From: Candidatus Omnitrophota bacterium
GTDB lineage: Bacteria; Omnitrophota; Gorgyraeia; Gygaellales; Profunditerraquicolaceae
Direction: 5' to 3'
Assembly: GCA_016208765.1 (NCBI GenBank)
Contig: JACQXK010000001.1
Location: forward strand, 64,218 to 128,217
Length of the DNA stretch: 64,000 nt
Shown: one piece after another, positions 58,374 through 64,000 of the stretch
How positions within the stretch are numbered: position 1 is the first letter of the stretch
Layout: each line of letters opens with the position of its first letter
Notes under the pieces: generated by a model
What the model was told of the DNA's origin: nothing
Seen by the model: the letters and a program-made list of their open reading frames with translations, nothing else
Database searches by the model: none
Translations under genes and position numbers: made by a program

Positions 58374-59579
58374 ATGCTTAATTACAGAAAAGTTTATCTT
58401 GACCACAATTCAACCACACCAATACATCCAGAAGTAAGAAAAGCAATGATTGCTGCTATGAATACTTTCGGTAATCCTTCCAGTTTGCATGAATTTGGCA
58501 GGGTTGCCAGGTCCTTAGTAGAAAAATCGCGCGAAAAGCTGGCCTTATTTGTCGGGGCTGACCCTAAAGAAATTGTTTTTATGGGAAGCGGCTCCGAGGC
58601 GAATAATACCGTGCTTAATTTATTTTCTTGTGCGGGTTTTAGAAAGTGCGAGGTTTTAGGTTGCAGTTTAGCCAAAAAAGAAGTGATAACTACCAGGATT
58701 GAGCATCCGTGTGTTTTGGAATCCGCAGCTTGTCTTGCTGAGCGCGGAGTAGTGGTGCATTCAATTGGTGTTGACCAATATGGCAAAATTAATCTGGAAG
58801 AATTTAAAAAAAGATTATCCGGTGATACAGGTTTAGTTTCAATTATGGCGGCAAACAATGAAATAGGTACTATTCAGGATATTAAAGAGCTGGTTAAAAT
58901 AGCCCATGGTAAAGGAGCACTATTTCATACGGATGCGGTGCAGGCAATAGGTAAATTTCCCATGAATGTAAAAGACCTTGATGTGGATTACCTTTCTTTG
59001 TCGGGGCATAAAATTTACGGGCCTAAAGGAGTGGGTGCATTGTATGTGAAAAAAGGAGTGCAATTCTGTCCGTTTATCTGCGGCGGCCATCAGGAGCACG
59101 GCAGGCGCGCAGGAACTGAAAATACTTTAGGGATTGTAGGGTTAGCTAAGGCCATTGAAATGCGGGAAAAAGAAATGGCAGACGAGTACGAAAGAATGTT
59201 TAAGCTAAAGAAGCTTCTCAAACAAGGAATTGAAGAGAATATCCCGGATATTTTGTTTAACGGGCATCCTATAGAAAGCCTTGCAAGCACTCTAAATGTT
59301 TCTTTCTTGGGCGCTGAAGGAGAGGCAATCCTGTTGTATCTTGATTTAGAAGGGATTGCTGTTTCAACTGGTTCTGCCTGCGCCTCTTCGTCTTTGGATC
59401 CTTCGCATGTGCTTATGGCAACCGGCATTTCTCAGGAACAAGCACACGGATCCATCCGCATGAGTATGGGCAGGGAAACTACCAAGAAAGATATTAATTA
59501 TGTTATAAAAAAACTTACCAAGGTAATTAAGCATGTAAGGGATATTTCTACGGTTGTATCAGGAGAAAAACATGGATAG
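58374..59579 (+). CDS. nifS: Cysteine desulfurase (NifS/IscS)
   Basis: YLDHNSTT, GNPSS, HTDAVQ, SGHKIYGPKG, STGSAC. Confidence 0.93.
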   Translation: MLNYRKVYLDHNSTTPIHPEVRKAMIAAMNTFGNPSSLHEFGRVARSLVEKSREKLALFVGADPKEIVFMGSGSEANNTVLNLFSCAGFRKCEVLGCSLAKKEVITTRIEHPCVLESAACLAERGVVVHSIGVDQYGKINLEEFKKRLSGDTGLVSIMAANNEIGTIQDIKELVKIAHGKGALFHTDAVQAIGKFPMNVKDLDVDYLSLSGHKIYGPKGVGALYVKKGVQFCPFICGGHQEHGRRAGTENTLGIVGLAKAIEMREKEMADEYERMFKLKKLLKQGIEENIPDILFNGHPIESLASTLNVSFLGAEGEAILLYLDLEGIAVSTGSACASSSLDPSHVLMATGISQEQAHGSIRMSMGRETTKKDINYVIKKLTKVIKHVRDISTVVSGEKHG

Positions 59580-60180
59580 TATTAATTGGCTGTATACTGA
59601 TAAGGTTAAAGATCATTTTATGCATCCGCGTAATGTGTTGATGGATGAGTCAGGATTTGAAGCAGACGCAAAAGGGATAATCGGCAATATTAAATGTGGT
59701 GATGAAATGTTGATTTTTATTAAAGTTGACAAGGAGAAAGAGATAATCACTGATTGTAAATGGAAAACTTTTGGTTGTGCAAGCGCAATTGCCAGCACGT
59801 CAGTGCTTTCTGAGATGGCAATTGGAAAAACGCTTGAAGAGGCTTACAAAATCACCTCGCATGATATTGCCAAGGCCCTGGGAAGCTTGCCGGAGCATAA
59901 GATACATTGTTCGGTTTTAGGAGATAAAGCTCTAAGGGCGGCTATTGATGATTATTATATGCGTCATGGTATGGATGATAAAGTTAAGAAAGAAAAGGAA
60001 CACATTATTTGCCAGTGTTTAGGTATTACGGATAAAGAAATAGAAAATGCTGTGCTTGAGGGGGCGAGGACATACATAGAGCTTCAGGAGCATACTAAAA
60101 TCGGAACGGTCTGCGGTAAATGCAAGGAAAAATCTCTTGAATTGATGCAGCAATATATGGAGAAATATTTTAAGAAATAA
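59572..60180 (+). CDS. nifU: NifU/IscU scaffold with a BFD-like [2Fe-2S] domain
   Basis: KCGD, FGCASAIAS, LPEHKIHCS, ICQC...GTVCGKC. Confidence 0.9.
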   Translation: MDSINWLYTDKVKDHFMHPRNVLMDESGFEADAKGIIGNIKCGDEMLIFIKVDKEKEIITDCKWKTFGCASAIASTSVLSEMAIGKTLEEAYKITSHDIAKALGSLPEHKIHCSVLGDKALRAAIDDYYMRHGMDDKVKKEKEHIICQCLGITDKEIENAVLEGARTYIELQEHTKIGTVCGKCKEKSLELMQQYMEKYFKK

Positions 60181-60244
60181 TTGTGTGTAAATAAGTAACT
60201 GCTTCAGGGGTAACAAAACGTTTCGGGAGGGAGGTGAGGCAGAG

Positions 60245-60310
60245 ATGAGTTGCGGATCATGCGGGCCAAAAAAGGCAAAGAAAAAAGTTAAGAAAGCAAA
60301 AAAGAAATAG
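60245..60310 (+). CDS. 21-aa CxxC, Lys-rich microprotein
   Basis: MSCGSCGPKKAKKKVKKAKKK after a strong GGAGGTGA RBS, with its own terminator. Confidence 0.65.
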   Translation: MSCGSCGPKKAKKKVKKAKKK

Positions 60311-60315
60311 GTTTT

Positions 60316-60355
60316 AAGATGGGGCAGGTATAAATGTATCTGCCCCATCTTGTTT
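60316..60355 (+). terminator. Intrinsic terminator
   Basis: AAGATGGGGCAG/CTGCCCCATCTT followed by GTTT. Confidence 0.75.
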
Positions 60356-60398
60356 AACCCGAAATCATATTGCAAAATTCGGGTTTATGGAGGAAATT

Positions 60399-62075
60399 AT
60401 GATTGATTTTTCTATTCTTATCGGGGGTAAGGCAGGTTTTGGCATTGATAAATCCGGCAGCATAATCGGCAGGTTATTGAACCAGCTTGGATACCGGGTT
60501 TTTATCTATAGGGATTATCCTTCAATTATCAGGGGTGGACATACCTTTTCTATTATCCGCGCGCATGAGAGTAAAATTGCAGCTTATCAGGATAAAGTGG
60601 ATTTTGTTATTGCGTTAAATCAGGAAACGCTTGATTTGCATAAGAGCCGGTTAAAGAAAGAATGTTTTTATATATTTGATTCAGATCAGCTTAAGCTGGA
60701 TGCCGGCCAGGCTTGCGGTATTGGTGCTCCTTTAGGTAAAATTCTTAAAGAGGAAAATGCTCCGGAGATAATGCGCAATAGTTGTATTATCGGGGCATTG
60801 GCAAAAGCTATAGGTATTGATTTTGGAATTTTGGAGAATGTCCTTAAAAAAGAATTTAGCAAAGAAGTTGAGTTAAATATAAAGGTGGCCCGGAGGGGAT
60901 TTGATGAAGCAAAAGAGTTAATAAAAATTGAAAGTTTAAAACAGGAAATCTTGCCGTTAGTTTCCGGAAATGAGGCGGTTGCGCTCGGCCTGATTAAAGG
61001 CGGGCTTAGTGCGTTTATTGCTTATCCGATGACCCCTACCTCTCCGGTCTTGCATTATCTTGCCGAAGTTGCCGATAATTTTTTATTAGATGTGATTCAT
61101 CCGGAAAGTGAAATCTCTGTAATTTTGATGGCCCTCGGGTTTTCTTATATTGGCAGGAAAGTGGCTGTGGGCACTTCTGGCGGAGGGTTCTGTCTTATGA
61201 CAGAAGGCTTAAGTTTTGCTGCAATGGCAGAGTTGCCGGTTGTTATAATCTTAGGCCAACGTCCCGGCCCTTCAACAGGGCTTCCGACGTATTCTGCGCA
61301 AACTGAGTTAAGCTTTGCTTTGAGCGCCGGGCAGGGAGAATTTACGCGTTTTATTGCTGCTCCTGGAGATGCAGAAGAGGCATATTACTGGTCGGCTGTT
61401 TCCATGAATGTGAGCTGGAAATACCAAATACCTTCAATAATCCTTACAGATAAAAATTTAGGGGAGAGTGTTTCTAATTTTGATATAAATTCAGTTGATG
61501 AGATAAAAGAAGAAAAACCAATTCTTTGGGATGGCAAATCTCCTTATAAAAGATATGCGTTTACTGAAAACGGAGTTTCGCCGTTGGCTTTTGTGCCGGC
61601 TAAAGATGCGATAGTTAAAATAAATAGTTATGAACATGATGAATCCGGCATTACTACTGAAGATCCGGAGCTCTCAAGGTTAATGCAGGAAAAACGGTTG
61701 AGAAAAAAGGAATTTCTTATTGAAGACTTAGAAGCCCTTGGGTTAGTTAAAGTTTATGGCAATAAAGATGCGCAAGTTTCTTTAGTTTGTTGGGGTTCTA
61801 ATAAAGGGGTTTGTATTGAGGTTGCTCAAAAAATGGGATTAAGGCTTATACAGCCTTTGGTCATTGAGCCATTCCCAATTAAACAATTTAATGCAGCTCT
61901 TTCAGGAGTAAATAAAATTATTTTGGTAGAATGCAATGCCACTGCTCAGCTTGCAGGCCTTCTTAAGGGGTATGGGATTAATGCGGACAGCCTGATATTA
62001 AAATACGACGGCAGGCCATTCTCTCTTGAAGAGCTTGAGAAAAAAATAAGCGAGGTCTTAATATGGGTCAGATAA
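60399..62075 (+). CDS. korA: 2-oxoacid:ferredoxin oxidoreductase alpha subunit (gamma-alpha fusion)
   Basis: IGGKAGFG, IRGGH, SGNEA, AYPMTP, TSGGGF.LMTE, QRPGPSTGLPT. Confidence 0.92.
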   Translation: MIDFSILIGGKAGFGIDKSGSIIGRLLNQLGYRVFIYRDYPSIIRGGHTFSIIRAHESKIAAYQDKVDFVIALNQETLDLHKSRLKKECFYIFDSDQLKLDAGQACGIGAPLGKILKEENAPEIMRNSCIIGALAKAIGIDFGILENVLKKEFSKEVELNIKVARRGFDEAKELIKIESLKQEILPLVSGNEAVALGLIKGGLSAFIAYPMTPTSPVLHYLAEVADNFLLDVIHPESEISVILMALGFSYIGRKVAVGTSGGGFCLMTEGLSFAAMAELPVVIILGQRPGPSTGLPTYSAQTELSFALSAGQGEFTRFIAAPGDAEEAYYWSAVSMNVSWKYQIPSIILTDKNLGESVSNFDINSVDEIKEEKPILWDGKSPYKRYAFTENGVSPLAFVPAKDAIVKINSYEHDESGITTEDPELSRLMQEKRLRKKEFLIEDLEALGLVKVYGNKDAQVSLVCWGSNKGVCIEVAQKMGLRLIQPLVIEPFPIKQFNAALSGVNKIILVECNATAQLAGLLKGYGINADSLILKYDGRPFSLEELEKKISEVLIWVR

Positions 62076-62914
62076 ACTTAGGTACTTATGCGCAAAATAC
62101 ATGGTGCCCCGGGTGCGGAAATTTTGCGATTTTAAATGCCATAAAGTCAGTGCTGAATGATTTATGCGCCGAGGGGCTTCTTTTGGAAAATGTAGTTTTG
62201 GTTTCCGGTATTGGTTGTCACGCAAAGATAGTTGATTATATTAATGTAAACAGTTTTTATTCTATCCACGGGAGGGCAGTACCTGCGGCAGAGGGAATAA
62301 AATTAGCGGATCCTAAATTAAAAGTAATCGGTTTTGCCGGTGACGGCGATGCCTACGGAGAGGGAATTGAGCATTTGATTTTTGCCGCCAAGCGTAACAT
62401 TGATATTACAATGATTATCCATAATAACCGTGTTTACGGCCTTACTACAGGCCAGTATACCCCTACTTCGCCTCTGGGCTTCCGGGGCCGTTCTACTCCG
62501 CGCGGCACAAGCGAACTTCCTATAAATCCTCTTGAAGTTATGTTGGCAAGCGGCGCTACTTATTTGGCTCGCGGCACATCCCACGGCATTGAGCTTTTAA
62601 AAAATATTTTCAAAGAAGCTATTTTGCATAAGGGTTTTTCTTTAGTTGATGTCTTGCAGGTTTGCGTTACGTATTTTAATATGTATGAATATTATGATAA
62701 GCACGCCTACGAATTAAAAGATCATAACTCAGGCGATTATCTTCAGGCCTTAAACAAAATCAGGGAGTGGGATTATAATAAAGAATCACCGATTGCCCTG
62801 GGCACACTTTATAAAAATCAAGCCACTATATTTGAAGAAAGATTTATTTCTCCTAAAACAGAAGTGAAAGAAATAGATACAAAAATAAAGGCTATATTAT
62901 CGGAAGCCCGATAG
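62063..62914 (+). CDS. korB: 2-oxoacid:ferredoxin oxidoreductase beta subunit
   Basis: WCPGCG, SGIGC, HGR, GDGD, NN..YGLT.GQ. Confidence 0.93.
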   Translation: MGQINLGTYAQNTWCPGCGNFAILNAIKSVLNDLCAEGLLLENVVLVSGIGCHAKIVDYINVNSFYSIHGRAVPAAEGIKLADPKLKVIGFAGDGDAYGEGIEHLIFAAKRNIDITMIIHNNRVYGLTTGQYTPTSPLGFRGRSTPRGTSELPINPLEVMLASGATYLARGTSHGIELLKNIFKEAILHKGFSLVDVLQVCVTYFNMYEYYDKHAYELKDHNSGDYLQALNKIREWDYNKESPIALGTLYKNQATIFEERFISPKTEVKEIDTKIKAILSEAR

Positions 62915-62929
62915 AGGCAAGTGAATAAA

Positions 62930-64000
62930 ATGCAAAAGCGGCGTTTCATAAGATTAGCTATAGCCCAGATAAACAGCTGCGTGGGAGATTTTTCAGGTAA
63001 CTCTGAGAAAATAATAAGTTGCCTTGGGCGCTCTGTGCAAAGCGGTTGTGATATCGTTATTTTTCCAGAACTGGCGGTCTGCGGATATCCACCGGAGGAC
63101 CTGCTTTTTAAGAAAAACTTTATTGCACAGAACCAGAGGCAGATAGATCTTATAAAAAAGCATACCTCTGGAATAACTGCAATTGTCGGTTTTGCCTCCA
63201 AAGTTAAAGGAAAGCTTTATAATAGTGCTGCGATGTTGTCCGGCGGCAAGGTCTTAGATGTTTATCATAAGATGCACCTGCCGAATTACGGGGTTTTTGA
63301 TGAGAAAAGATATTTCTCCGCAGGTACTTCCTTTTGTTTGTATAGGATTATTGACAGGTATTTTGCCATTAATATCTGCGAGGATATCTGGGTTGATGAT
63401 GGCCTCGTTGCCCGCCAGGCAAAAGCCGGGGCAAGCCTCGTCATTAATATCAATGCCTCGCCGTATCATATAAATAAAATCTACCAGCGTCAGAAAATGA
63501 TCAAGGCGCAGGCCAGAAAACACAGGATTTTTGTGGCATATGCAAATTTAATAGGAGGCCAGGATGAACTGGTTTTTGACGGCCAGAGTATGTTAATTTC
63601 TTCGCGCGCAAGAGTGCTTTTTACCGCACCTGCCTTTGAAGAAGATTTATCTTTTATAGATATTGATTTAGATGCTTTACCTAAGAAAAAATACTCTAAG
63701 GGTGTTAAGATAATTTCTTTAGGGCTAAAAGATAAGGAATTGCATCCGCTTTCAAAAGCACCTAAACCGCAGAAATTGAATGTTACCGATGAGGTTTTTA
63801 AGGCCTTGGTCTTAGGGACAAAAGATTATTTCTTAAAGAATGGATTTAGCAAGGCTGTCTTAGGCCTAAGCGGAGGTATTGACTCTGCGCTTGTGGCAGT
63901 GGTTGCTAAAGAGGCATTGGGCAGCCAGAATGTTCTGGGAGTAGCGCTTCCTTCGCAGTTCAATGCGCCTGAAAGTTTGGAGGATGCAAAAAGCCTGGCG
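62930..64000 (+). CDS. nadE: Glutamine-dependent NAD+ synthetase, 3'-truncated
   Basis: Hand translation: RLAIAQIN..VGD, FPELAVCGYPPEDLL, LPNYGVFDEKRYF, ICEDIW, GGQDELVFDG, LGLSGGIDSA. Absent from the ORF track because no stop lies in the window. Confidence 0.93.
   Translation, partial: MQKRRFIRLAIAQINSCVGDFSGNSEKIISCLGRSVQSGCDIVIFPELAVCGYPPEDLLFKKNFIAQNQRQIDLIKKHTSGITAIVGFASKVKGKLYNSAAMLSGGKVLDVYHKMHLPNYGVFDEKRYFSAGTSFCLYRIIDRYFAINICEDIWVDDGLVARQAKAGASLVININASPYHINKIYQRQKMIKAQARKHRIFVAYANLIGGQDELVFDGQSMLISSRARVLFTAPAFEEDLSFIDIDLDALPKKKYSKGVKIISLGLKDKELHPLSKAPKPQKLNVTDEVFKALVLGTKDYFLKNGFSKAVLGLSGGIDSALVAVVAKEALGSQNVLGVALPSQFNAPESLEDAKSLA

Noticed and set aside
63254-63523. ORF-track calls near the window end
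   Set aside because: They are shadows of the nadE frame that runs off the window.

Overview
Chromosomal window from an AT-rich, probably anaerobic diderm bacterium; the C-terminal ASSA/GGIDF signature of the first ORF suggests Ca. Omnitrophota (inference). Almost all genes are on the + strand. Order: the truncated end of a large PPDK-domain fusion protein; tRNA-Leu; smpB-tmRNA; a housekeeping run (amidase, murI, queDEF, two-subunit fumarase, rph, rdgB); tRNA-Pro/Arg/His. After tRNA-His comes an accessory, defence-like stretch: DpnI-like nuclease, M48 protease, SIR2 plus a Cas2/VapD-like ORF, a hairpin-dense non-coding region, Pif1-like helicase, radical SAM, FGE domain and a MacAB-type operon. 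Then RNA/cold-stress genes (2x csp, ABC-F, RRM, DEAD-box, arfB), mgtA, an mla/pqi-type operon, nifS-nifU, korAB and a truncated nadE. Main findings: (1) a four-copy promoter-leader-terminator RNA motif in front of cold-shock-type genes; (2) a MacA-like adaptor with a TolC-like beta-hairpin inside its coiled coil, in an operon without tolC; (3) a coupled SIR2 + Cas2/VapD-like pair; (4) several palindromic repeat families between accessory genes and at tRNA ends. All calls come from reading motifs by eye; no database searches were run.
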